Assembly: GCF_963676685.1 (NCBI RefSeq)
Contig: NC_092349.1
Location: 23,746,001 to 23,810,000, forward strand
Direction of reading: 5' to 3'
Source: Mytilus edulis
Lineage: Eukaryota
Length of the DNA stretch: 64,000 nucleotides
Part shown: positions 11,434-24,502 of the stretch, piece after piece
How the letters are laid out: the number at the start of each line of letters is the position of its first letter
Numbering within the stretch: the stretch's first letter is position 1
Made by a program: the position numbers and the translations under genes
Notes under the pieces: model-generated
What the model was told of the DNA's origin: nothing
The model's database searches: none
Seen by the model: the letters and a program-made list of their open reading frames with translations, nothing else

Positions 11434-11850
11434 CCCAGCAGACACAACAACGTTGAATCAACATTGAATAAACGTCAGATTTCAACGTTGAATTCATGTT
11501 GAAAAGTAGTGTTGGATTGAAAATTGATATGATGTTGAAAACATAACGTTGTTTCAACGTCAGATTTCAACGTTGAAAATAGGTTGAATTTTGGTCTAAA
11601 TTTGGTCGAGGTTTGTTGAAAACAAGTCGATTGGTGGTTGAATTGTGGTTGTTGTATGTTGAAATCAGGTCGAATGTTGGTTGTTCTGTGGTCAGTGTAT
11701 GTTGAAATCAGGTCGAATGTTGGTTGAAGTGTGGTTAGTGTATGTTGAAATCCTGTCGAATGTTGGTTGTTCTGTGGTCAGTGTATGTTGAAATCAGGTC
11801 GTATGTTTGTTGAACTGTGATCAGTGTATGTTAAAAATAGGTGGAATGTG
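11434..11850 (+). mobile_element. Probable DNA-transposon terminus (EnSpm/CMC-like) with palindromic subterminal repeats and a 43-bp tandem repeat
   Basis: Starts CCCAGCAGACAC and has repeated TTCAACGTTGAA palindromes. The 43-bp unit GTATGTTGAAATCAGGTCGAATGTTGGTTGTTCTGTGGTCAGT occurs 4-5 times at 11654-11850. No matching other end was found. Confidence 0.45.
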
Positions 11851-12974
11851 TGCCCAGGTAAACTTTTAATGTGGTAAATTTGGAGAATAGGATGTTGAAC
11901 AATGGTGAATTGAGTTTTTTTAACAGCTGACATTATTACCCTTTATTATATCCATCAATGCCATTTTATGCGTAATAAAACTGTCGCACAACTATATGTT
12001 GGTGGTTGGTGTACATGTAGTTTGTAGTTCTGTTGGTATACATTTTTTGTGCCTTCACTTTTCTTATTAGACATGATCTTGCTTTCCTTATAACTATTAT
12101 GTTCACACTCAAAATATGTTTGTGACATAACACAGTAGTTATATAACAAGATACCCTCATATGCCCCTTACAATGTCAAACACAATTAATCTGATTACTT
12201 AATTTTATTTTTAAAAAAATAGTCCATCTGCTAGACATCTTGTACTGTTGTTCCATGTTGTGGTCTCTAATTTTTACATTCGAAACTTGTTACTACAGCA
12301 TCTTCAACAGAAAAAAAAAACATATTGTACTATCTTTTACATAACTAGGTTAATTTCATTATACATCCCAAATAAAGAACACTAGTGTCATATGAATGAT
12401 ATAGTTATTTCTTTAAATATTTATCAATAACTATCATGACTGTTTTTTAAAACTTGAGTTCAGATAGTAAATAATAAATCATTTTAATAAAAACAAACCT
12501 AAAGATTTTAGTAGACAAAGATGAAGGGACAATTTAAAAGAAATTGTGACCAAAATCTCGCACACTTTTATGTGAAAAAAACAATGATGTACATTTCAAT
12601 ACTAACCTCTTATTATTTCAATCGGTCAAGCTTGGACACCATAGGCATATTTATTCTTTTTACCCGAGATGTACTTTACAGACATGGATTTCTTGGTAAG
12701 ACATCATCTACAAAAAAATACGTTTATTTAATTACAGCATTTTTAGATAATTAATTCCCTCCTGAACTAATAAATAAACACGCTTACAAAATTTGGACAT
12801 CCAAAACCTTTCATTGGGGACTTACTGATGTGAATTTCCATCGGAGATCACTATAATCTATTGTTGTGATCTTACATTTTTTCAATAATAGGTTGAAAAA
12901 CTTTAAGTCCAATAATTACTATTGTAGCATTACGAGAAGTTTGTCCAGTCGAGAATCAAACATGATTCTGGAAT

Positions 12975-13098
12975 CAGTGGCAGATCCTGAAATTTTCATA
13001 AGGGGTCCACTGACTTAATAACAGAGGGATGGGGGGCTCAAGTCATGCTTCAGTGATCCATTATATGATCAACCAATTTTTCCCTCTCAAGGGGGACC
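12975..13098 (-). mobile_element. MITE fragment of the same family as 14135-14289, in the opposite orientation
   Basis: CAGTGGCAGATCC terminus. The internal AGTCATGCTTCA...ATCAACCAATTTT matches the reverse complement of ~14177-14220. Confidence 0.6.
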
Positions 13099-13283
13099 AC
13101 AAGCATTGAGATTTTGCCAGTCACTCATCTTGAGAAACAATACTGCACCACAAGCACCGAGATCTTGACAGTCACTCATCTTGAGATACAATACTGCACC
13201 ACAAGCACCGAGATCTTGACAGTCACTCATCTTGAGAAACAATAATGCACCACAAGCCCCAAGATCTTGACAGTCACTCATCT
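13096..13283. repeat. 51-bp minisatellite, ~3.7 copies
   Basis: ACCACAAGC recurs at 13096, 13147, 13198 and 13249. Confidence 0.92.
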
Positions 13284-14134
13284 AAAAAAAAACAATATAT
13301 GTCATACTTTACATCTAATTTTTTCATGATCTTTCATCAATAGATACTTTCGGCATGGTTGCTAAACTTTAAACATGTGTTTACATTTTTCTTTAAACTG
13401 CAATATATTCCAGTCTTTCGTGAGACGTCTTATTTAATTTTCATTTGCATGCATATGGATTAAGGTCAAAAATAAAAGAATATTTGTTTTATTTCCTTGA
13501 CTTTTTTTGTGCTGTAATAATTCAATACGGTCAATTGATAAAGCATCTATTTAGACGTTATCATGTAGACCACTTTGAAAATGGACAGATCTGTGTGTAT
13601 TAATTTGTTATGGTCACACATGTTTCTTATCTGCCGTATTGCTTCATTGATAAATCCTCAGAATACATGCTGTGAGTGAAATCTTTTCTGACCCAGAGAA
13701 AAAAATCTGTTTGTTTTGAATGTTTTGCAAGGTCAAGAATGCCATGTGTTGTAAATCTTTGACTTGTAATTATATCAGCATATAAAATATGTAAAAGAAC
13801 TAGTATGAGATCGCATAGGTGAACTTCAATAATTATATATTATTATTTGCCAGACGAATATATTTTTTTTTTCAATTTCAACCGATGTTCCATGATATAT
13901 TATGACTCCGCCCTCCCAGTACTGCAATGATAGAATTCTTTGCCATACGCTTTTGCTTTAAATTACCAAATCAATGTTTATAAAAACACTCTCCCTTTTC
14001 AAGTCTTAACATAATAAGTTGCCGTACCCAATCAATGTACAAATATATCCCGAGACTACAAAGACATGTGTGTATAAATTATATTTGATCTGCTTAAATC
14101 ACTCTACTCATATCATGCATATAATTACGGTAAA

Positions 14135-14289
14135 CATAGGCGGATCCAGGGGCCCCGGGCCCCCCTTTCGTGGAAAAAATTTGGTTGATTATATAGGGAA
14201 TTATTGAAGCATGACTGGAGTGCCCCCCCCCCCCCCCTTTAGGTCAGTCAGCGGGCGCCCCCTTAGGAAAAGTTCTGGATCCGCCACTG
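14135..14289. mobile_element. MITE with short TIRs and a 5-bp TSD
   Basis: CATAGGCGGATCCAG ... CTGGATCCGCCACTG, flanked by GTAAA at 14130-14134 and 14290-14294. Confidence 0.8.
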
Positions 14290-15129
14290 GTAAACGCTAC
14301 ACTATTGTATATCTTAAATTATCATATAACTATCATTAAATTAAACAAGAATGAAAATTATACTTACTTTACACTGCTAAGAACAACTCTTAACTTGATG
14401 TGGTAATCAAATAGGCGCAAATGAATTCAAACAGACATTTTCTGGTGTTTTTTTTTTTTTTAGAAAATGATATTTCAATTTGATTTTCAAATTTCAACAT
14501 GAGAATAATTTGAATTTCGTACTTTTATTTTGGTAATTTGACAAATGATTTTGCATTTTATACAGAGTTTAAGTGTTAATTCATATTGGAAAAATATAAT
14601 TCCTTCAAAATTTCTCTCATGGATCTTTTATTTAATTTTAAAGCAGTCTTCAATTGGCACAAAGACGAAAACCGTTTAATTAATAATGGCCCAAATGTAT
14701 GGAAGGCTTACCTTGACTGTAACAGTTCATTTACTGAAACATCCAAAAGAACTGAATTAATTGGACGTTCTTTTCTGTGTTTAAAGAACATATGTTGCCA
14801 TTGTTTGAAAAATTTAGATTACACTCTTGTAACCTATCACCAATCTTTGCATTTTTTTGGATATGTTTCTTTGTGCATTTGCGTTATTGTTACAGAACAT
14901 GACTGCTGAACGGAATGGGTTGTGGCTTTTACATTTGCAACCGGTAGCTGCAATGTTGCCAAACTTTTTTTTATTTCCAATCAAATGAACAATGATATTT
15001 GGAAACAAGCCTACATTATGTACATATTGCATATGTTGAATCTGCTTGAAACGGTAAAATCCGCGTAAAATCTGCTTTAATGAGTCTGAAACCCGTGTCT
15101 TCTATTGTACTATTTCGAGGTCTCCTCGA

Positions 15130-15308
15130 AATAGTAATCAAAGGTACCAGGATTATAATTTAGTACGCTAGACGCGCGTTTCGTCTACATAAGACTCATC
15201 AGTGACGCTCATATCAAAATATTTATAAAGCCAAACAAGTACAAAGTTGAAGAGCATTGAGGATTCAAAATTCCAAAAAGTTGTGCCAAATACATCTAAG
15301 GTAATCTA
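15130..15308 (-). mobile_element. Hammerhead-bearing retrozyme or Penelope-like pLTR repeat fragment
   Basis: Homologous to 33512-33790, 56885-56912 and 57170-57330 (AAAGGTACCAGGATTA...AGACTCATCAGTGACGCTC...AGCATTGAGGA). Confidence 0.75.
15165..15208 (-). ncRNA. Minimal type I hammerhead ribozyme with intact catalytic core
   Basis: Minus strand reads GCGTCA-CTGATGA-GTCT tatgt AGAC-GAAA-CGCGC-GTC|TAGCGT. Predicted cleavage after GUC, between 15171 and 15170. One mismatch in stem I. Confidence 0.85.
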
Positions 15309-15319
15309 TTTAATTAGTT

Positions 15320-17300
15320 GATCTTCGTCAATAACGTTTTCAAGTATTGCTAATACCTGTAATAGTTGACTGTTCGAGGCCCATGAGCGCAAGTTTAATC
15401 CTCCATCTGCAATAAACTGCGAACGAGTTTAAACTAATCTTCTTCTAATTCAAAGCTATATACAATGTTATATACATAATTATAACTCTTTTGTAAGTTT
15501 TTTCCGTGAAATCAAATAGATGGTTATTCAAGTGCTTTGATAATACGGCGTTCAATATAAATGACAAGCATGTAGCCCCAAATAGTACGGACTTGAATCT
15601 CTATGTTGTTATATCGCTGTTTGGGTCTGTTGGTTTACTCAACCAGAAAAACCTAAATACACCCCGGTCCTCAAAGTCCAGACCAACATTTAAAAACGCC
15701 TTTTCGATGTCTGTAGATACTGCATACTTATTCATGTGGAATCTCAGTAGTATGGCGGTGACTTCATTTAGTTTCGGCGGTACCTTCAGTAAGCAGTCAT
15801 TCAAGCTAGCACTATCTGGTGTCTGTTTTCAACTAAAATCATATAGTATCATAGTCCGATCCTGATGGGCGTAGTGACTGGATCCTTCTTAACTGGGTGA
15901 TTAAGTATGTAATGCAGCTTGATAGTTGGTTTAATTTCTTCGTTATCAACTATCTCAATGAACCTCGCTTTTCTGCTTAGCAATCATTTTATTAATGTAA
16001 TTTTAAAAGTAATATTTGGTTCCTTATGAAAACGCGTTATTACACTCTCAGTCCTTTAAAAGCAACCGCTTTTTTGTTGGTAGATAGATAGATAGATAGT
16101 TTATTCCCATAAAACCATGCAGGTACAAAGGTTACAGAGAAGTTAAAAAATAATATGGTAGCGGTCGATATTCTGCTTTCCACTGGAAATCGACGAATTA
16201 CCTTTTGGTTTTGTAAGATATTGCTGTTTCTTCGTACATTGTCGGAAATTCGTCGATTTCAGTATTTCCGGTCTTATCTTTAACACCAAGCGATTCAATC
16301 ACAGAAAATTTCTGTAGGTTTAATTCCTCTTTCTTTTATGATTCAACGACATTAAGAATAGAGCTCCTACTTGTGGTACATTAACGGCCTTGCCATTTTG
16401 GGTCCTAACAGGAGGTATCCGAGCTTGGATTCAACGGCGGTTGGTCCTTCACCTGTAATAATGTCATCTCCAACTATAATCCAATAATAATCTGCTCCAA
16501 TAAGTATTTCAATTTCGAACATGTCATCGTCCGGAACAGGATGTGCTAATTTTAGTCCTCGTCAGTGTCTCATGTAACTGACGGATTTCACATGAATATG
16601 TAGTGGCATTACAATTTCAGGAATAATAAGTACGTTTAGTGGTATATTTCGTCTTCATCTGTTTGAATATAAACTGTTGCCGATTTCATGTGTCTTGCTT
16701 GTCCATTTTGTTTTCCGAAACCGGAAAGGTGCACTACTTCGTTTCCGCTTAAAACTAAATACGACTTTCTGCAAGTGTCTCCGATGTGAAGGACCTTTGC
16801 GCACCTTCATTTAACAAAATATTGGCTTCTGCACTTTTCCCCGAACTAACAGTAGCGACGGCGGTCTTTAACAGTACATTTGTAGTTCTTTGTGTTATGG
16901 AAGAATGTTCTACCGTATATTCGGTTTCTTCGGCTGGCGGTTTGTTCGATTCCTCGGATTTTTCATCTTTACTACGTATGCTAGTGGAATGACGTTTGTC
17001 ACAATTTCGGCTTTTACTTTTTGATTTACAATCAGCTACTTTATGGTGACCTATGCAGTAGAAACACAACCGTTCACTCTTGACTATATTCATTACCGCG
17101 TTAGCGGTTGTGAATTTAGTGCAGTTGGAAGATGTGTGTCCGATTTCTTTTATTACATCAATATGTTTGAAATATGTAATCCAAGGTGTTTATGTGTGGT
17201 TACCTCAGTTACTTTACGCTGTCCATTTTAAGGTTTGGATGATCAGGTTTGTGAAGTTTACGTGAAATTGTCATGATCTCGGTTTTCTGAGGGTTAATTA
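15320..17300 (-). mobile_element. Degenerate BEL/Pao LTR retrotransposon, internal region
   Basis: Gag knuckle CFYCIGHHKVADC, protease-like ANILLNEGAQRSF and ILIGADYYW, RT NDCL..PPKLN...LLRF...STDIEKAFLNVGL...DRGVFRFFW. Many stops and frameshifts. Confidence 0.88.
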
Positions 17301-17884
17301 AAGGTCACTAGCCAATTTTAAATCCATCTATTGATGTTTGCGAGATCTCTATTCAAGTTGATTGCCGATTATTGGGGATCATATACTATCAAATATAAAC
17401 TTGTAACATCAGCAGACAACTTAATAGTGGACTGTACAATGTATGTCAGATATAATATCATTGATAAATAAAAATATATATATATGAGGTCCCAGGATCG
17501 ACCCCTTGGGTAAACAAGTCTTTATATTGCCCCTCTTGGATGATACAATATTTATTACAACCCTTTGCTTTCTATCAGATAGATGACTATTACTCATGCC
17601 AAAATAGAACCTTTAATGCCGATAGCTTCTTATTTCTTCAACAACCACTTTTGCCAAACTTTTCGGGCTCGGTAAACAACATCACTACAACATATAGAAT
17701 GTGCTATTTCATATCACATAAGATGTCTACAGGTACAGCAAATTTTGTAAACTAAATCGTTGTATCTATTTATGAATTTAATAAAGGTTTTAAGTGATTA
17801 GTGGTTACGAAATCCCTGACTCAATAATTCACCAGTAATACATAGATTACGTTCATTAAAATAAAAACAAGCCACTAAAATCAT

Positions 17885-18130
17885 GGACACAGCTAACGAG
17901 TTGAGGTATATAAACATCGTAAGGCGTTGTCAAAGGAACATCGCCGTCCAAAAAACGAAAAATTAACAATATGGAGAGCAAAAATCTTCTCTTTTGTCGT
18001 AAATTTTCGTGCCGAGTTTCTGTATAAAAATGACTTATTTTTATCTAGGAATGGACAGTTATTACTGTTGATATTTGATTTATTTAAAAAATGTTCATTT
18101 AGGTACATTTCTGCATTTCTAGTCTTTTCA
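17885..18130 (-). mobile_element. Relic of a Naiad/Penelope-like RT C-terminus
   Basis: NKSN...CPFLD...DKREDF..IVNF..LDGDVPL...YDVYIPQLV, homologous to ~23830-24020. Confidence 0.75.
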
Positions 18131-18445
18131 GGGAACTTTTTTTATTATTCAACGAAAACAAATAACCAAGATAACGGTAACATAGGTGTTGTTTAATTTA
18201 TCAATTAAATGGAACTTAGACGGATCTTTACGGATTTTCTCCCTTTTTCTTATTTACAAACTTTAGAAACCAGGTTATCTCAAGCTTATGTATTTTATCG
18301 AAACACTCCAAAATAGAATAGTGCGTTAAAACAAGCATAACCTATGCAACTGTATGTGGCGTTATTAGTGTTATTACACCTCGAGAATTAAACATAAATT
18401 TCATATTTGTTTTGTTCATTTTTTTTTTGGTTTTTTTTTTTGCAG

Positions 18446-21400
18446 AGCAGTTCGACAATCGCATGGAACGGTGGAAGAAGGATGATCAACAGTTTGTTAG
18501 TACTGAAGCAGAGAAACATGTCATGGATAAACTTTTGACAGAAAGTACAGTTACCCTAGTTGGAAACTCGGGCATTGGAAAAAGTTTTCTTTCTAAACAC
18601 ATTGCCCTCAAAATGAAGGAAAATGGTTATACTGTAATTCCATGTAGTAAACCTGAAGATATTGGTAAATGGTTTAAACATAGTTGGAAAACATTATTTG
18701 TCTATGATGATGTCTGCGGCCGTTATACTCTTAATCAACAAATTTACAATGAATGGAAACAACACTTGGATCACATCAAATTTCTTCTTACAGACCAATG
18801 TTGTAAAATAATATCTACATGTAGATTGGAAGTTTTCAAAGATGAACGTTTTAGCAATCTCTCTATTTTTAAAATATGCAACATCGATTTAAATTCACAA
18901 GAATTCAAACTTAGTGCCACTGAAAGAAATACTTTAGCTGAAGTGTACTTTAAGGACAATGCTGATGAAGTAAAGGAATTGTCAGAAAAATATGACTTTT
19001 TTCCACTTTTATGCAGCCTATATCATAAACAAAACCTTCAGAAGAATGTTATCATTAGCTCGTTTTTTAACAATCCTTTTGATTTTTTTAAAGATCAAAT
19101 TGTACAAATGTATTGGGAGAGTGATGCTGGTAAGATGCAGTATTGTAGCTTAGTCCTTTGTGTGATGTTTAACAACACATTAACAGAAGAAAATTTGTCC
19201 ACAAAAGATAAAAAGATAAGAACAGTAATAAAAGATTTACTAGAAGAATGTGAACTGATTAAAGGAACATCCATCAAACGTTTAAAAAAATCGCTTGAAA
19301 CACTTGAAGGTACCTATGTGGTCAAGGAGGATAACAAATACAAAATAATCCATGATAAGTTGTTTGATTTCCTGGCTAAGTTCTTTGGGGACAAGATGTT
19401 ACAGCTCTTTTTGTATCATGCTAATACAGATTTTATTAAAGAGAGATTTCTATGGAAGATAACAGATAACATGGGCCCAGAAACAGAGTTTGTGATAAGA
19501 ATACCTGATAACGGTATAAATAGGTATATAGAAAGATTGCTGAAAGACTGGGAGAACGGATTCGTGATCAATGTATGTGTCAACAGAAACATGAAATCTA
19601 CTATATTTACAGAAAAATTTGTAACACATTTAAATCAACTTGATCAACCAAAGCAACAGGAACTTGTTTGTACAAAAGATATTCACAGTAAAGATATAGC
19701 CCTTTCAGGAAGCTGTTATATCGGTACTGTTGATCTTGTCAAATGGTTGATCAGTAGGAATAGTGACATTAATTATAGTAGAGAGGATGGTTGTTTCTCT
19801 TTATTTTGGGCAAGTCAGGAAGGACATGTTGATGTTGTTAAAGAACTGTTACAACATTCAGCTGATGCCAATAAGTGTGACAATAAAGGTGTATCGCCTC
19901 TGTATATAGCAAGTCAAAATGGACATGTTAATGTTGTAACAGAACTATTATCGCATTCAACTGATGTCAATAAATGTGCTAATGATGGCATATCACCACT
20001 TAATATTGCTTCTAACAATAACATGGTTGAGGTTGTACATGTCCTTCTTCAGTTTGTTCATATTAAAATTGATTTATGTGATGAAAACGGATGTTCTTCA
20101 CTTTATCAAGCAAGTCTGGAAGGACATATTGATGTTGTTAAAGAACTGTTAAAACATTCAGCTGATGTCAATAAATGTGACAATAATGGTGTATCACCTC
20201 TGTATATAGCAAGTCAGAATGGACATGTTGATGTTGTTAAAGAATTATTACAACATCCAGCTGATGCCAATAAGTGTGACAATAAAGGAGTATCACCTCT
20301 GTATATAGCAAGTCAAAATGAACATGTTAATGTTGTTAAAGAACTGTTACAACATTCAGCTGATGTCAATAATAAATGTCCTAATGATGGTACATCACCA
20401 CTACAGATTGCTTCTTACAACAACATGGTTGAGGTTGTACAAGTCCTTCTTAAGTGTGCCCATATTAAAATTGATTTATGTGATGAAAAAGGATGTTCCT
20501 CACTTTATCGAGCAAGTCAGAAAGGACATATTGATGTTGTGATAGAACTGTTACAACACTCAGCTGATGTCAATAAATGTACTATTGATGGTATATCACC
20601 ACTACAGATTGCTTCTAACAACAACATGGTTGAGGTTGTACAAGTCCTTCTTAAGTGTGCCCATATCAAAATTGATTTATGTGATGAAAACGGATGTTCT
20701 TCACTTTATCGAGCAAGTCAGGAAGGACATATTGATGTTGTTAAAGAACTGTTACAACATTCAGCTGATGTCAATAAATGTGACAATAATGGTGTATCAC
20801 CTCTGTATATAGCAAGTCAGAATGAACATGTTAATGTTGTTAAAGAACTGTTAAAATATTCAGCTGATGTCAATAAATGTACTAATGATGGCACATCACC
20901 ACTACAGATTGCTTCTAACAACAACATGGTCGAGGTTGTACAAGTCCTTCTTAAGTGTGCCCATATTGAAATTGATTTATGTGATGAAAACGGATGTTCT
21001 TCACTTTATCGAGCAAGTCAGGAAGGACATTTAAGTGTTGTTGAAGAACTGTTACAACATCCAGCTGATGTCAATAAAAGTAACATAAATGGTGTATCAA
21101 CTCTGTGTATAGCAAGTCACAAGGGACATGTTAATGTTGTTAAAGAACTGTTGCAACATTCAGCTGATGTCAATAAATGTACTAATCATGGCACATCACC
21201 ACTACAGATTGCATCTACCAACAACATGGTTGAGGTTGTACAAGTCCTTCTTAAGTGTGCCCATATTAAAATTAATTTATGTGATGAAAACGGATGTTCT
21301 TCACTTTATCGAGCAAGTCATGAAGGACATATTGATGTTGTTAAAGAACTGTTACAACACTCAGCTGATGTCAATAAATGTACTAATGATGGTACATCAC

Positions 21401-21483
21401 CACTACAGATTGCTTCTAACAACAACAAAGTTGAGGTTGTACAAGTCCTTCGTAAGTGTGCCCATATTAAGATTGATTTATAA
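18446..21483 (+). CDS. STAND (nSTAND3-like) P-loop NTPase with ~18 ankyrin repeats; large exon, C-terminally truncated
   Basis: Polypyrimidine tract and TGCAG acceptor ending at 18445. Walker A VTLVGNSGIGKS, Walker B LFVYDDVCG, IIHDKLFD motif. Ankyrin repeats G.SPL.IAS..GH..VV..LL run from ~19690 to the stop at 21481-21483. Confidence 0.9.
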
Positions 21484-21586
21484 GATGAAAACGGATGTTT
21501 TCACTTTATCAGGCAAGTCAGGAAGGTTCATATTCTGGACGCCAGTCTTTGCTCCTTTATAATATAATTCACTAACAAAAAAAATT

Positions 21587-24386
21587 ATGAAGCTTAGAAA
21601 TGGAAAAATATTAAATACTAAACTTGTTCAAAGGGTATCTACACGTCTCAATCTTCAAAATCGGTTATCTAAAAATACTACCATCGCTAACATTTTTAAC
21701 AATAAAAATCGTGGTAACCCTTCTATCGATAAGTGTCATGCCAAAAAATGACTTACATGTCCCCGTCTTTCCACCAACAATACGGTTAGGTCCACGTTTA
21801 ATGGTCGCATATTTTCTTTGAATTTTGAAACTGATATAACTTGAAAAACAAACAGTATTATTTATTTACTCACATGAAACAAACCGGGATGTGGTATTCA
21901 GTACGTAGGAGAAACTGGACGGTATTTATCTAAACGCACACAAGAACATCTGTATCGTTTTAAAAGTCCCAATAAATTCAAAAGTATCATTTACCAACAC
22001 CTTTAGAAGCACAACCATCATTTTAAATATTTAACAGTTCAACCTTTAGAAGTAGTAAATAAGCAGCCTGGTGAATCTCATTCAAAGTTTGTACGATCAC
22101 GGAAAATAATTGAATTAAATTGGATTAAAAAATTACAGACAGTCTACCCTCTCGGTCTTAATCATAATATCATGGGAATTGGTAATATATCTAGAACCGA
22201 TTCCGTTAACATTTTGGATATAGTTTCTAAAACTGTTCGTAAAAACCGTTCTCACGGTCGTAGGACAAATCGCAATCAAAGAAAATTTCGGACCAATCAT
22301 ACCAATATTTCGGACCTAATTTCTATTTCAAAAAACAACGGCAGACATTATCTGTTAACAAAACTGTGTTCATTACAGGTTAATAAGTTAAATAAAATTT
22401 TGGAGGATTGCAACACAATTTCATATAGCAGTTCTTAGTATGAAATTGTTCAAATTATTATGGCATATTGTTATTCTAAACTATTTCCCAAAATTGATCG
22501 CCCTGAAGATCATAAAAAACATTTTATTAAAATAAAGTATGTCAATAAAGGTTTTGATTTTGTAAATATTGCCGGTATATTTAACGACCATTCTGTTAAG
22601 GACATCGTTCAAGACCGGGAGTTAAAATCATTCCTCAGTAAAGGACCTAAATATCGTCCCCCGTCAATTATTAATTGGAATGAGTGTCGTAATATCATCC
22701 ACGACTCACTCCATACTTACTGTATGAAATGGATAAAACGGGAAAAAGCTGACAAAAAATCTTTGGACTCTTTTTTTAATTCAGTAATGAAGATAGTTGA
22801 TATACGTATTCAACATTTGAAGAACATTTTACTCTAAACAATAACCACAATAAACCTATTTCTCGTATCAAACATAAACTAAAAGAACTAGCCAAGAAAT
22901 TTGTTTTTGTCCCGGCCGATAAAGCTGCTAATAATATTATTATTGTTTGACGTAAATTTTACATTGAGGTTCTGAAAAAAGAAATCACCAATTTACCAAC
23001 ATTCCAACTGACTCCATTTTCAGAAAACGACATCTGTAACAAACATAAACTTTTAGCTACCGCTTTACAAGCAGAGCCAAATACAATGAAAGTCCCAACT
23101 ATGTACTGTCTTCCGAAGCTACACAAAACACCTTACAAATATAGATTTATTTCGTCTTCAAGCCATTGTTCCACTACTAAATTGTCTATTCTTCTTACCA
23201 GCACACTTGGTACAATTAAAAACCTGATAATAAATTGTTCAAATAAGGCCTTCGAAAATAGTGGAATTAATTACTTTTGGAGTGTCAAGAACTCGTTGGA
23301 AGTACTTGATAAATTGCATGCTTATATTTGTTATTTTAAATCTGTTCAAAGTTTAGATTTTTCTACCCTGTATACCACATTGCCTCACATTCTCATTAAG
23401 AAAAAAATCACACACCTAATTAAATGGGCATTTAAAAAGTCAGAATATGAATATATATATGTTCAAACTCTTTAAGGTCATTTTTTAGTTGCAATAAACA
23501 AAAAAACTATGTCAATTGGACATGCTTTGATACTATATATGCCCTTGAATTTTTACTAGATAACATTTTTGTTCGCTTTGGGGATTCAGTATATCGTCAG
23601 ATTATCGGAATTCCAATGGGGACTAACTGTGCACCACTTATTGCGGACCTGTTTTTGTATTGCTATGAGTTACAATTTATGACAAAAATAAGCAATGACC
23701 CATCGAAACAACATCTGATAAACAAATTTAATAATACTTTTAGATATTTGGATGATATTTTGGCTCTCAATAATGACGACTTCAGTATGTATATTAAAGA
23801 AATTTATCCTGTTGAATTTACTTTAAATAAAGCTAATACTAACAATGACCACTGCCCTTTCCTCGATCTCGATATCTATATCACTAACGGAAAGCTGAAT
23901 ACTAAAATTTATGATAAAAGAGATGATTTTTCATTTCCTATCGTTAATTATCCATTTTTAGATGGTGACGTTCCCTTGTCACCATCTTACGGTGTTTATA
24001 TATCTCAACTTGTACGATTCGCTCGTGTATGTAACAATGTTTTAGATTTTACCGAGAGAAATTTATGTATTACTGAAAAATTATTACACCAGGGTTTTCC
24101 ATATCACAAAACATTTACTAAATTTTATCATCGGTATAAGGACATCATTCGTAAATATAGCTCAACATGCAGACTTCTTATACGTTCAGGTATTTCACGT
24201 CTAATTTTTTATGGAAATATTCAATATAAAGCACAAAGGTGTCAGTATTCACCTCAAAAACTAACAAAACCTTTGAATAGACTTATTAAGAAGGGATATA
24301 GTTACGATACTGTTGTCAGGTCATTAAAGATTGCATATTTTGGCGTTAATATTGATTCACTTATAGGGTCTTTGCATCGGAATTAA
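21587..24386 (+). pseudogene. Naiad EN-RT polyprotein, predicted selenoprotein (four in-frame UGA); this copy is disabled
   Basis: ATG at 21587. TGA at 21749, 21842, 21875 and 22948, all at Cys-type sites. Lesions: TAG at 22004 and 22436, apparent deletion of the CxC linker at ~22600, frameshifts at ~22818 and ~23455. True stop is TAA at 24384-24386. Confidence 0.88.
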
Positions 24387-24437
24387 ACACATTTATTCAA
24401 AAACCAGTTGTTGGCATGACACGGGTTATTTTCTACT

Positions 24438-24502
24438 AATATATGTTATGATGGTATGGTACTAAACCCCTAACGGGAAGGATTGTGCCTGATGTTTATA
24501 TG
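24438..24502 (+). promoter_or_regulatory. Type 2 SECIS element in the Naiad 3' UTR
   Basis: ATGAT (24448) - GGTATGGTACT - AAA (24464) - CCC taac GGG mini-stem - GGATTGTGCC - TGAT (24490). This gives the GA/GA core, an ~11-nt helix II and an apical AAA, ~60 nt after the stop codon. Confidence 0.85.

Noticed and set aside
19964-21562. Alternative-frame ORFs (MSINVLMM...) in the ankyrin exon
   Set aside because: They are off-frame by-products of the repeated ankyrin codons.
21749-22950. TGA codons as ordinary nonsense mutations or a UGA=Trp code
   Set aside because: All four fall at Cys-type positions, Trp is encoded by TGG elsewhere in the same ORF, and a SECIS is present.
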